This document shows, piece after piece, positions 25,961-38,516 of a stretch of 64,000 nucleotides of DNA (position 1 is its first letter; each line of letters opens with the position of its first letter). Made by a program: the position numbers and the translations under genes. The notes under the pieces are model-generated. The model was not told the DNA's origin. It searched no databases and saw nothing but the letters and a program-made list of their open reading frames with translations. The stretch is from Octopus sinensis (lineage: Eukaryota). The stretch is taken from NCBI RefSeq assembly GCF_006345805.1, contig NC_043020.1, positions 25,296,001-25,360,000 of the forward strand, read 5' to 3'.

Positions 25961-27498
25961 TAGTTTTATTTTTATAGCGTGCTTTCACTTCACTACCGAG
26001 CGCAGCTCTGTGTGCCTTGGGTATGTGCTGTGATTTGTTGTGATGCTCTGATGGTTATTGTATGGAAAGTGTTCTGCGTAGGATGTGTGCAGTGCCTAGT
26101 AGTGCAATTTTCTGTATGTTATATGTGTTTGTAAGTCCTGGTGTTTTGTTATGTATTTGTCTGAATATTTTTTATCATGCCTAATGCACCTACTATGATA
26201 GGAATTGTTTCTGTTTTTAGATTCCACACTCTGGTTACCTCTATTTCCAGGTCTTTGTATTTTGAAAGTTTCTCCATTTCTTTTAGAGACACGTTGTCAT
26301 CTGCCGGTATTGATACATCAATTAGAAAGCATTTTTTTTCTTCATGATCTCTGACAACTATATCTGGTCTGTTGGCCTTAATTTCTCTATCTGTGTGTAT
26401 CGGCATATTCCAGAGTATGGTTGCGTTCTCGTTTTCTGTGACCTTTTCTGGTGTGTGCCTATACCATCTTTTTTCTGTTGTTATTCCATAATGTTGGCAT
26501 AGCTTCCAATGTATGTAGGTTCCAACTCTGTCATGTCTGTGAATATATTCCTTCTTAGCCAGGACTGGGCAGCTAGAGATAATATGATTTATTGTTTCTT
26601 GTCCATCTCCACATATTCTGCAGTTACTTGTAATATTTCTTTTCATTACATGTTTTTGGTAATTTCTGGTGGGGAGGCTTTGGTCTTGTGCTGCAATTAA
26701 AAATCCCTCTGTTTCTGCTTTGAGTCCTGAGCTTCTCAACCATTGCTGGGATTTTTCTTTGTCTATTTCTTTTGCGTTTAGTTTAGTGCAGTATTTACCA
26801 TGAAGGGGCTTTTCTTGCCATCGTTTTATCATGGCTCGTTGCTGTTCTATTTTTAGTTTGGATTTCATTTGTTTTATAGCTTTTGTTGTTTCTTCATCAT
26901 CTTCTTCTTCTTCTTTGTGTTTATTAGGTGGTATGATTTCTTGTTTGTATTTGTCAGCTTCCTTAAATACTGAGAACAGTTTTTTGTTTTGCTCGTGTTT
27001 TGCTGCTATCTGGATAAGTTTTCCTTCCTTCTGAAGGAGGTATTTTTGCAGTCCTATGGTGGTTATTTTATAGTAGTTTTCCAGCTGTATAAGGCCTCTA
27101 CCACCTTCTATACGTTGTATATATAGTCTTTCTATGTCAGATTTTGGGTGATGCATCCTAGACCCTGTCATTATTTTTCTTGTTTTCCTATCTATTTTAG
27201 TCAGTTCATTTACTGTCCAGTTAAGGATATTGTAGCTGTAACTTATAACTGGGACAGCTAAAGTGTCCTATTATCTTGTTTTTAGCATTGAGCTCTGTTT
27301 TTAGTATTGATCTAACTCGTCTATAATATTCTTTTTTTTATTTTCTCTTTCATTTGTGTGTGTTGTGTCTTATCTAGTTCATGGATTCCTCAGTATTTGT
27401 AAGTTTGGCTTTGGTCTAATTCTTTTATTTCATTGGTTTTATCTAGTGTGATGTTACTATTCTTAACTAGTTTTCCTCTTTTCATGGTTACTTTGGCG

Positions 27499-27499
<1 letters not shown>
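25957..27499 (-). mobile_element. R4/Dong-clade non-LTR retrotransposon, 5'-truncated, inserted in (TAA)n
   Basis: RT end (TYKY*GI...EYYRRVRSILKTELNAKNKI), CCHC finger and RLE domain. 3' UTR ends ...aaaactactga next to (ATA)n. (ATT)n on both sides. Confidence 0.92.
26149..27171 (-). CDS. R4/Dong ORF C-terminal fragment (zinc knuckle + restriction-like endonuclease), pseudogenised
   Basis: HHPKSDIERLY..GGRGL; CRICGDGQETINHIISSC; RHDRV; RPDIVV..CFLIDVSIP..EKLSKYKDL. A 1-nt loss in an A-run after GMIK shifts the end; the restored frame reads KKYSDKYITKTPGL...LGTAHILRRTLSIQ*. Confidence 0.88.
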   Translation of the reverse strand: MTGSRMHHPKSDIERLYIQRIEGGRGLIQLENYYKITTIGLQKYLLQKEGKLIQIAAKHEQNKKLFSVFKEADKYKQEIIPPNKHKEEEEDDEETTKAIKQMKSKLKIEQQRAMIKRWQEKPLHGKYCTKLNAKEIDKEKSQQWLRSSGLKAETEGFLIAAQDQSLPTRNYQKHVMKRNITSNCRICGDGQETINHIISSCPVLAKKEYIHRHDRVGTYIHWKLCQHYGITTEKRWYRHTPEKVTENENATILWNMPIHTDREIKANRPDIVVRDHEEKKCFLIDVSIPADDNVSLKEMEKLSKYKDLEIEVTRVWNLKTETIPIIVGALGMIKNIQTNT

Positions 27500-27564
<65 letters not shown>

Positions 27565-27578
27565 CATCATCATTATCC

Positions 27579-27645
<67 letters not shown>

Positions 27646-27668
27646 CATTATCATCATCATCATTATCC

Positions 27669-27707
<39 letters not shown>

Positions 27708-27741
27708 TATTATTATTATTATCATTATGCTTATTATTATA

Positions 27742-27774
<33 letters not shown>

Positions 27775-27806
27775 CATCATCATCATTATCCTTATTATTA
27801 TTATTA

Positions 27807-27848
<42 letters not shown>

Positions 27849-27862
27849 CATCATCATTATCC

Positions 27863-27894
<32 letters not shown>

Positions 27895-27928
27895 GTTGTT
27901 ATTATTATTATATTATTATTATTATTAT
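27500..27928. repeat. (ATT)n/(CAT)n compound microsatellite with recurring catcattatcctt units
   Basis: Seen directly. Confidence 0.95.
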
Positions 27929-27929
27929 T

Positions 27930-28108
27930 AAGGCGGTGAGTTGGCAGTGTTGCTAGCAAGTCAGACGAAATGCTTAGCGGCATTTTGTCTATCTTTACGC
28001 CCTCAGTTCAAATTCGGCAGAGGTCGACTTTCAGGACTGATGAAATAAGCACCAGACCTTATAAGTGACTTCCCCGCCCCCATCAAAAACTGACAAAATT
28101 TGAAATCC
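27930..28108 (+). mobile_element. tRNA-derived SINE, family A
   Basis: aggcggtgagttggcag...cagttcaaattcggcagaggtcgac...aaaatttgaaatc. Confidence 0.75.
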
Positions 28109-29039
28109 TTATTTTCCAACAGTTTATTTGACGTTTCGCTTACCACATAAGCACAGGCCCAGCCTTAAATTTAGGCGGGTAAAAATGTCTATAATCCATA
28201 TCTTGGACCTTTGCTTGAATAGTGGTACAGTATTTTATTGTTCCTTGAAATATGAAATACTAAATTAACATCAACCGGGCTTGAACTCACAGTGTAAAGG
28301 ATTGTAATTAAATTCCTCAGAACATTTTGACTGCTGTCCTAAAGATTCAGCTAATCCCATGGCAGACGTTCTCAAACTTATGGGAACAAAACAGTACTTC
28401 ACTGGTACTTTATTTCACTGACACCAATACTTTATATCATTAACCCCAGTATTTACTGGTACTTTATTTCAATGATTTCAGTATATGACTGGTACTTTAT
28501 TAAATATGAAAGGAAAAGTTGATGAGGTCGGGTGGGGGATTTGAACTCAGAACATAATAGGACCTGAACTAAATACTACAAGATAGGGTTCTCTTTTTGA
28601 AAATCTGTCCCTTCTATACCTTCATCATCATCATCAACATCATCATCATTAATGTTATCATCACCGTCGTCAACATCATCATCAACAGCATCATCGTCAC
28701 CCTTGCCGTCGTCATTATCATCATCAGCATCAACAACATCATCACCTTCGTTGCTGTCGTCACCATCGTATCTCTCCATTATACGATATGTTGCCGGAGA
28801 TATCATTCCTTAAAATATGCAGTCCAGTTCTGAACAGAGTTTTCGTTGAAAACATAATGTATAGTCATATTTGGAGCGTCGTTGAACCAGTGTTGAACTG
28901 GTGCTACAAGACCACAACAGTTTCTCTATTTTCGAGTGGACGGGACTGTGGACTAAATCACCTCCAGTTTTTCGAGAGTTCACAATTTTCATGTTTCCAT
29001 TGTAACTTATAAACAACATTGATAGATCGAAGTACGTTC

Positions 29040-29650
29040 TGTCGCTGCTTGCTTGGTTGCTAGCTTGGCTTGTTGGTTGGTTGGCTGGTTGGTTGGTTGG
29101 TTGGTTGGTTGGTCGTTTGGTTGGTTGGTTGGCTGGCTGGCTGACTGGCTTGGTGGTTGGCTGGCTGGTTGGTTGATTTGTTCGTTGTATGGTTGGTTGC
29201 TTGCTTGATTGCTGGTTGGTTGGTTAGTTGCTTGCTTACTTGCTTACTAGGCTGCTTAGTTGGTTGTTAGTTGCTTGACTGCTTGTTTGCTTGGTTGCTT
29301 GGTTAATTGGTTGGTTGGTTGGTTGGTCGGTCGGTCGGTCGGTCAGTCGGTCGGTCGGTCGGTCAGTCGGTCGGTCAGTCGGTCGGTTGGTTGGTTGGTT
29401 GGCTGGCTTGTTGGCTGTATGGTTGGTTGGCTGGTCGGTCGGTCGGTCGGTTGGTTGGTTGGTTTGTTGGTTGGTCGGTCAGTCGGTCGGTTAGTCGGTT
29501 GGTTGTGGTTGGTTGGTTGGTTGGTTGGTTGGTTGGTTGGTTGGTTGGTTGGTTGGTTGGTTGGTTGGTTGGTTGGTTGGTTCGTCAGTCAGTCGATCGG
29601 TCGGTCGGTCGGTCATTCAGTTGGTCGGTCGCTTTGCCGGTTGCCTGCTT
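29040..29650. repeat. (TTGG)n/(TCGG)n/(CTGG)n compound tetranucleotide array
   Basis: Seen directly. Confidence 0.95.
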
Positions 29651-29930
29651 GCTTAGCGTGCTCAGTAGCTTTGGATTTTATGTAAATAAGAACCTTTGAA
29701 TGTTTGATGCCTTTAAACATACAGTCTAACCGGGATGTTCTGCTTAGGGAGGATCCATGTATCTTGTTTAGAGATTCTAAATTATAAGTCCAACTACATT
29801 GTAATTAGGATTCATTTGGTCCTTCTACAACATGCATTGTTAGGGTAATATTTCGTGGCTATAACTGTTTTAGTATACGTGTGTGCGAGTGTGTATACAT
29901 GAATATTATATACGGTATATATATATATAT

Positions 29931-29983
<53 letters not shown>

Positions 29984-30099
29984 GTATGTATGTATGTATT
30001 GTATGTATGTATATATGTGTGTATGTATGTATGTATGTATGTATGATGTTGTGTGTGTGGTGTGTGTGTGTGTGTGTGTGTGTGTGTCTGTGTGTATTT

Positions 30100-30330
30100 A
30101 CAAATCTTACAGCTGTGAACGTAAATATTTTTAAGAAGAGACTTGACATTCTCCCCTCCACAACACCAGATGAACCAATTGCCGGTCATGGCGTGCAGAT
30201 AAGACCATCGGTGACAAACTCCCTCATACACCAAAAGGGCCAACTACTAGGGTAAATGCACAGACGGGGGTGGTGAGGTGAAACTCCACAACCTTGAAGA
30301 AATCGGCCCAAGATGACTCATACTTAAAAG
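30100..30330 (+). mobile_element. 3' terminal fragment of a CR1-group LINE
   Basis: NIFKKRLDILPSTTPDEPIAGH...TNSLIHQ aligns by eye with the C-terminus of the 4-2469 ORF (NFKQSLDRFLQRIPDKPPI...KNSLLEQ). Confidence 0.7.
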
Positions 30331-30411
30331 GGTAAAATCACGGTGGTGCTCCAGCGTGACTGCAGCCCCATAACTGAATAAAATGGAAAAGTACATACGT
30401 GCGGTGCATAC

Positions 30412-30483
<72 letters not shown>

Positions 30484-30553
30484 TGTATGTATATATATAT
30501 ATTATGTATGTACTCATGTATGTATATGTACGAGTATGTATGTATATATATAT

Positions 30554-30596
<43 letters not shown>

Positions 30597-31501
30597 GTTA
30601 AAAAAACACAAACTGGGACAAGAACGTGAAACATTTTGAAGACGACAAAATACACACAGACTTTCGAAGCTCTCAGTCATCAGTCAAGAACCAGATCATC
30701 TTCGAAATTTCGGCTGATTAATCTTGAGATTGCTCCAATCTGGGCAGCCTGCCAAGGGAAATCTAAGCCAATCGCATTAGATTCCTTGGAAGAAAACCTA
30801 AAAAGTATACAACACGGTGACGGAAAAACGGACGATGTTACTCGAAAAAAAATTCAAAAATACGTAAAAACAATAACGATAGCACGGATAAGAATACAAA
30901 ATAACGTAAAAACAATAATAACAAAACCAGGACGTCAGGACAAGCGTCTTTCGACAGGACGAGTTGAGTATAGGCTGGCTGTGGAACAAGTGCCTGAAGG
31001 CAAACGGAGCACAAACAAATACATGTTGTCACACTAACTACTTGATGCGAAAAGGCAGTAGTAGCTGGCTGGTCACGTGAGCACAAAAAGGAGAAAGGGA
31101 CAGATGAAGAGAGAAGCAAGAGAGGGAAAGGGACAGGTCAAGTGGGATATAAGGTCTGAGAGGCAGAGAAATGTGGGAGAGGAGGGACGGAGGAAGAGAG
31201 AAAGAAAGAAGGGGAACAAGGGAGGAGAAGAAAAAGAGGGAAAGAGACAGAACAAGGGGAGTGCAAAGGGTGAAGGCAGAGAAAAGTAGGAGAGGGGGGA
31301 AAAAGAAACAGTGTAGTCTAGTCGTACCAATGTTAGAGAGTAATATACTTACAGTATAGGGTCAAAAGGTAGGATACGTAGCCGCCATGTATATATGTAA
31401 ACGTTATATATATATATGTAGGTCCCGGGTTGAGTCGGGGTTAACCACAGTAAATAAGGTACTCAATACATAGCAGAGTAAATAATTTATTTTATAGAAG
31501 G

Positions 31502-31552
31502 AGCTTCTACAGGACTAGAACTGTTTCATTCAAAAGAAATCATCAGGAAGCT
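31502..31552 (-). ncRNA. Type I hammerhead ribozyme motif (minus-strand copy)
   Basis: Exact reverse complement of the plus-strand motif at 31558-31608. Confidence 0.7.
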
Positions 31553-31557
31553 TCCTG

Positions 31558-31608
31558 AGCTTCCTGATGATTTCTTTTGAATGAAACAGTTCTAGTCCTG
31601 TAGAAGCT
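31558..31608 (+). ncRNA. Type I hammerhead ribozyme motif
   Basis: AGCUUC [CUGAUGA] U-UUC-uuuu-GAA-U [GAAA] CAG-uucuaguc-CUG [UA] GAAGCU. Stem I 6-7 bp, intact core, stem II 3 bp with a U.U at 10.1/11.1, stem III 4 bp, GUA triplet. Confidence 0.72.
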
Positions 31609-31618
31609 CCTTCTATAA

Positions 31619-31657
<39 letters not shown>

Positions 31658-31773
31658 TTACATATATATAAAGATATATATAAATATATACATATATACA
31701 TATATCATACATATATATATATATAAATATATGTGTATATATATGTGTGTGTATGTACATACACACACATACA

Positions 31774-31813
<40 letters not shown>

Positions 31814-31880
31814 ATAACACACACACACGCACACACACACACACACACACACCACACACACACCACCACACACACACACA

Positions 31881-31924
<44 letters not shown>

Positions 31925-32405
31925 ATATATAATATATTATATATATAAGTATATATATATATATTCATATGTTTGCTATTTAGCAACCTAGCTAGCTAAC
32001 TAGATAGAGAGAGAGGGAGAAAAGAGAGAGAAAGCGACAGACAGATAGACAGACAAACAGGAAGCGAGTGAGAGAGAGAGGGGCATGATTGATAGACAAA
32101 GAACAAGGAGGGGAATATCGAAATTAAAAATAGTTGACAGCAACACGTTGATGAGTTTCTATTAGCAACGGTGATTTGAAGGAGAAGAAAACATGGCTGA
32201 CGGCCAGGGACTGATCGGGAGATCAATAACAGACGTGCCAACACACTGGCCAACAGGAAACGGTCTGACAGGCTCTTGTTATATTTGTGTATGATAATGT
32301 ATATATATATATATGTATGTGTGTATGTATGTGTGTATACATATACATATATATATATACATATATATATATGTGTGTGTGTATACATATACAAATATAT
32401 ATATG

Positions 32406-32438
<33 letters not shown>

Positions 32439-32661
32439 GTATGTAAATATATATAATGTATATATATATGCATATATATATATATATATATTATATGTAC
32501 GTATGTGCATACATATATATATGTACATATATACATACATATATGATAGCATATATATACACATATATATGTATATATATATTATAGTACATATATACAT
32601 ATAAATAAAAGAAAAACATATATATTCATGCATGCAGATGTATAATTAACCTTTGTGCATT

Positions 32662-32713
<52 letters not shown>

Positions 32714-32765
32714 CATATATGTACGCAAAGATATAAGTATGTTTGTATATACATAATACTCACAC

Positions 32766-32813
<48 letters not shown>

Positions 32814-33258
32814 TATATATACACACACACATATCTATGCCCAAATGTTCCGTTTCCTTTTTTATCAGTCTCACTCATTGGACCATATCCATACAGGTAC
32901 TTATTTTATTGATCTCTATTTGTCGAATCACTGCCTGTAAGGTTCAATATAAATAACTACAGACACAACTACAGACATAAGTTATATAGATACATGTAAT
33001 TTTCCATATACGTGTTATGTGAGTCTGTGTGTGTGTATATATATTCGTGTGTGCATGTGTGTGTTTCTGCGTTCGTTATTGTGTCTGTTCGTGCGCGCGG
33101 CGTGTGTATACGCATGCGTGTGTAGAATGGGTGCCCGCATGTCTGCTCTGCTCTCAAAATATTACTGAACCTAAGACTAAATCGAATGCAGTTGCCCGAG
33201 GCAAAGCTCTTCCGAACATAGTCATCTGTCATGCTTGCGCGTATGCAAACACACATTT

Positions 33259-33327
<69 letters not shown>

Positions 33328-34284
33328 GATAGTGAGTGGGGGAGAAAGAGAGATAAATAGATATAGATAGGTATATCTGTGTATATATATATATTAATAT
33401 ATATATGTGCATATATGTGTATGTGCGTATGCGTGTGCATTATGTGAATAATATGCATGCATACCGATGCACTTTCAACCTTAAAATCAACTCTTCTATA
33501 TGCGTATATATATACATGTGTATATATACATGTATGTATGTGTATATATATGTGTGTGTGTGTATGTGCATTTATACTTATATGTATATCTGTGTGTGAG
33601 CGTATACATACATATATATGTGTGTATATTTGTACGTATACGTATATGTACATGTATAAAGAGGTATATATGTATGTGTATATATCTCTAGATGATATTC
33701 CAAAGGTGACAAGTTTAAAGAAGTTATGTGCTGCCACTTAGAACAAAGAACTCAAAGATAAGTCTGTGAGAGGATAAACATTTAATCCATATTTTGTCGG
33801 GCTAACCATTATGGATTAAATATATATAAATTTATATCTACTTATATATGTACGTTTATTTGTACATGTACATATGTATATATATTCTTGCATGCATATG
33901 TATGTCTATATGTGTATATTTATATGTAATTGCGTATGTGTGTGTGTTTGTGAGTGTGTTTGTGTGTGTCTGTGTGTGTCTGTGTGTGCGTGTGTGGTTG
34001 TGTACATGGTCGTGTGTTGCGTGGGACTTTGTACAGATGATTGTTCATTATTTTTAGTGATATTCATTTGCGGCATCGACAAGAGACCACCTGCAACTCA
34101 TTGTTGTGTAGGTTGTAAACCTAGGGTTGTACGAATGCTTGTGCGTGTGTGCGTGTGTGTGTGTGTGCGCTCGTGCAGTTGTTTATGTATGTGTGTTTGA
34201 AGAGAAGGAATTAATATCTTAGATCCTGGAAACAAATCTGTGTGTATCTTTATGTTTGTGCGTGTGTGTGTGTGTGTATGTGTG

Positions 34285-34450
34285 TGTTGGACTCATGATG
34301 GTAAAATTGTGGTTTTGATTCCTGAACCTGGTGGGGCGTTGTTATCTTGATCAAAGCACTCCTTGCTCTCATTCACATTGCCCCAGTCCACTCAGTTGTA
34401 AAGGAACAACCCTCCGATGGACTGGCTTCCCGTTAAGGAGTTGGCTATCG
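34285..34450 (+). mobile_element. tRNA-derived SINE, family B
   Basis: gttggactcatgatgg...ggttttgattcc...atcttgatcaaagcact; related to 51595. Confidence 0.65.
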
Positions 34451-35562
34451 AAAGTGTATATTCTTGTTAAATGCACGATATACGAGAGTAGAAAAACAGC
34501 CAACAACCGATGAAGGGTCGTTTTCTATGTTGCTTGTCTTGTTTTTCCATTTGTGTTTTTCGTTGTTCAAAAAATGAGCTTCTTAATGTATCATTCCACA
34601 AAACAGAATTTATTGTACAATGGAAGAGAAAACGATAAGGAGTGTATAAAATCAGAAATGACAGATAAATAGTTTGATGAAATAATATTTAATAGTAAGA
34701 AAACTTCAATATCACGACAAATTGTTTCGTAACTTAAAAAACATGTAAATAATTTATATTATTATATTTATTAATAATATTAATCATTTACATGTTTTTA
34801 AGTTAAGAAACAAATTGTTGTCATATTTGAATTTTCTTAAATTCACATAAATAAAATTGCATCATACAAATTCTCTGTCATTTATGACTTTATAGGCATG
34901 CGCGTGTAGGTATACATACATGTGTATGTATACATATATGTGTGTGTATACATACATGTGTGTGTGTGTATGTGTACATGTGTGTGGGTGTATGTATACA
35001 TGTGTGTGTGCGTGTAGCGAATATCAGGTACGATACATCCTGAAGCTGGCCAAGCAATAAGCAGCAACAATAGCAACTAACAGCGCTCCTAACAAGAGGT
35101 GGCCACATACATTGTTGGAATTCACAGTTAGTCTTGCATCTCTTTCGACAGGAATGGCCAATTCCTCGTTCCTTTCTACAAAATGGATTTGCCAGTAAGA
35201 AATATGAGCGTCTCAAGAATAGATTGGTTAACGATTGGCTCCAGTGACTCTGTTAATATTTTGTAATACTGTTTATAAATTATAATATTGTTTATTATAT
35301 TCTGTAAGATAAATATTTAAACAGGAATACGAACAGTTCCATGACGTCTGTATGTGTGTGTATATAAATTATTGCCAGTAAAACATAAGTAAATATAGCT
35401 GGATGTGTGTGTATCTGTTAATGTTTGTATGCACATATATGTGTGTATATATGTATCTTTGTATTGCACATATTTATATGTATATAGATATAATATATAT
35501 AGGTACTGCTATTACTTCTATTACTGAAGTAACAGCAGCAGTAGGAACAGCAGCAGTAGTAA

Positions 35563-35607
<45 letters not shown>

Positions 35608-35999
35608 CAACAGCAGCAGCAGATTTTCTTCTTGTTGCTGCTACTACTGTTCATGTCGTTGTTGTTGCTGTGGTTACTGTTGTGGCTGTTGCTATAGTTG
35701 TTGTTCATGCTGTTATTATATCTTCTTATTTTCCGTAACTTACCGACAAAATCCGACTCCATCTTGATAACACTCTCCGCGTTTGTCGAAACGTCTCCTC
35801 CCTCAAGGGAAATTCTCCTTAGTCCGTTTGCTTTCCGTGGCAATGGTTCGAAAACTAAATCTTTGACAATGTAATGGGTGAGTAACGTCCTTCACTGATC
35901 AAGCAAAATGAAACGAAATGGTTCTGATGGGTGGCTATTTAATCGACCTGCCTGAAAGAAAGGGAAGACAGACTGGATGCCAACGCCGTTAATTATTAT

Positions 36000-36345
36000 C
36001 ATCCAAACGTCTTGCCTTTCGTCAGACCACCAGTTTACAGCGTCTGTTATTTTGCTTGTCGTAAAAGGTTACATTCCACTGGTCAGAAAAATCCCACACA
36101 CTGCCAACATCCCCTGCTTCAAGTACTCGGCATGTCATGGCTAATCACTTAAAGACATGTTATGCGACCACGCCATCTGCCGAGATTCCTTGGTGGTATG
36201 CATCTGCAGTCATCGTTGGACAAGCATGTCGTTCTTCAGTTTGTAACTTTGACGGAGCTGTAGAGTAAGGTCAACCCAAAGACCAAGTTTAGGCCTTCGG
36301 TATTTGGAATGCTGTTAGTAGCTCACATTTCTTCATCGGTTATGA
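36000..36345 (-). mobile_element. Possible highly decayed RTE C-terminal fragment
   Basis: ITDEEM*ATNSIPNTEG resembles the RTE ITNEEVL..A..PSIE region; heavily frameshifted. Confidence 0.35.
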
Positions 36346-36381
36346 AGTTTGGTCAGTGGTGAGTTGTTGCATTCTATAGAA

Positions 36382-36699
36382 CAGGGGTTCCTCAACCATT
36401 TTTCATCTAAGGACACCTTTGTTTAGTATTTTACTCTGAGAGACCTTCCCCCCACTCCCGCCAGAAACATTCCATGTTTAAAAACTATTTTTATGGAAAC
36501 TTCCTTTAAAATTTTATTTGCTTATCACACATACACTTGTGGAGGCTGAATTATGTAAAACATCAGAGAAAGAAATCTGTCTTCTGAAAAATTTCTGCAA
36601 TTTTTTTTCTTGGGCCCGATTAAGTATTTTGCTTGTGTGAACCCTCAAAATTTTATGAGGACCACAAAGGGTTACATGAACCCCGGTTGAGAACCTTTG
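36382..36699. mobile_element. hAT (Charlie-like) MITE
   Basis: Ends CAGGGGTTCCTCAACC and GGTTGAGAACCTTTG form imperfect TIRs; 8-bp flanks CTATAGAA / CTCTAGAA (7/8 match) fit a hAT target-site duplication. Confidence 0.75.
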
Positions 36700-37999
36700 C
36701 TCTAGAAGCTCAATAATGAGTAAGAGCATCGACCTTCTCGAGGGGTCTTGAGGTGTTTGTTTAGTTAGACCACCTGTTCTCGAGGACTTTCAATTTATGG
36801 ATTATAGATAACTCCCAGAAATCCTTAACCTAAACTACACGAGGCTTTACAGGTTTGTGTTAAACTCTACAAGCCCGTGGGTGTTGTCACCCTGGTTTAT
36901 CTTAGATGTTTGCACAGAAGAGCGAAACACTACTACATCTTTTTTGTTCCACATCCGACCATTGGTGTAAAGGTTTATCGAACAACTGCAGTCACTTGTA
37001 GGAAAAGCTAAGCTATCGGCCAAGTCATTGTGAAAACCGCTCGCTGCCCTTTTCTTTTCGGCCGGAAAAGGAAATCAGTTTTTGTTTGTTTTTTGTGGGG
37101 ATAATGACGACAGAGAATGCATGCGGGGCAGAGATTGAAAGGAATGAAAACAGCAATGTTTGCCTTTTGCTAAATCCTGGTCGAATCTTCTACAGGTTTC
37201 AGATGAAAAGGAATGTAGAGAGGAATATGAAGAGGTTCTGCTCTTCGACGAGAATGGCTCACGTAGGTGGACCAACTTTCAGCTTGAGTCTACGCCTTAG
37301 AACACAGTTAAAAGACAATTGCCCATGCCACTCGGCTGTTGGAGCCATCTTTGATCTGCATAGTTTCAAATTTCTACCCCCTTACGGAGACTGTTGTTTC
37401 CCAAATTTATTATAATCAATTTCATGAAAATCCCCGAGCGTTGCTGCTTATTTTTATTTTTTTATCTTATTTATTTCTATATTTTAAAATTTATTCTTAG
37501 AATCCACCTTGAGACAAATAATGATTCTTGTTGATATTGCAAGAGAGGTGGATTAACAGAATCGTTAGGGCGTCAGGTAAAAGGTTTTGAGGTTACGGCA
37601 CTTTACGCTCCGTGTTCAAATCTTGTCGTTGTCAACTTTCTCCCCCCCCTCTCTCTCTCTCTCTTCTCTCTTCAAATTGCATAGTTACCTCAGTCTCCTA
37701 GACATAGTAGCTAAATCTCCCTCAAATCACTTTACCCGTCCAGAAAATATTTTATAGAATATGCATGCACCAATGACTTACAATATCTTTAGCAAAGATG
37801 GGATGACCACAGCTGGAACGTCTTCTACATAACAACAAAATGGCATTTTTCTCTTTTTATTTTTTGCTTTTTTGTTTTTGCTGTAACAAAAATAATTCTT
37901 ATCGATATTATTGCTCAAATGATGGTCGTCTCAGTTTATTTGTTTTTATTCTTTTATTGTTTTTTCTTTTTTACTAAATGTTTAATACGCGTGTTCACT

Positions 38000-38210
38000 C
38001 AGCTGACAAAAATGAGTGGTACCTGTAATTCAAAGGAGGGGGGACAGCCTTGTCACATTCCATGTCACGCTGGACCTCCTTGAGAACTACGTTAAAGGTA
38101 CGCATGTCTGTGGAGAGCTCTGCAATTTGCACGTTAATTTCACGAGCAAACTGTTCCGTTGATCGGTTCAACTGGAGCCCTTGTCGTTGTAAGCGACGGA
38201 GGATCTTCGA
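38000..38210 (+). mobile_element. SINE-like 3' body fragment (agcaaactgttccgttgatcgg...)
   Basis: Recognised from memory as a common cephalopod repeat; no second copy in this window. Confidence 0.4.
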
Positions 38211-38299
38211 TACGCGTGTTTTATCTGTATTTGTGGGGTGGGTTGAAGCTGACGCCACCTCTCTCACCATTACCCAAGACCAAAACACGATATGAAGTG

Positions 38300-38516
38300 T
38301 TGGTTTCAAATTTTGGCACAATGCCTGCAATTTCGGGGGACGCAGCTACTCAATTATATCGACCTCAATACTCAACTGGTACTTATTTTATCGATCCCGA
38401 AAGGGTGGAAAGCAAAGTTAACCTCGGTGGAATCAGAACTTAGAACGCAAAGGCAGACGAAATGGTGCTAAACACTTTGCCTGGCATGCTAACGATTCTG
38501 CCAGTCCGCTGCCTTA
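38300..38516 (-). mobile_element. tRNA-derived SINE, family A
   Basis: Reverse complement begins aaggcagcggactggcagaatcgttagc and ends ccaaaatttgaaac. Confidence 0.8.

Larger units (their letters stand above)
31417..31623. mobile_element. Foldback element with 66-bp perfect arms carrying two divergent hammerhead motifs
   Basis: Arms 31487-31552 and 31558-31623, spacer TCCTG; extra tail 31417-31486 on one side; (TA)n on both sides. Confidence 0.85.
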
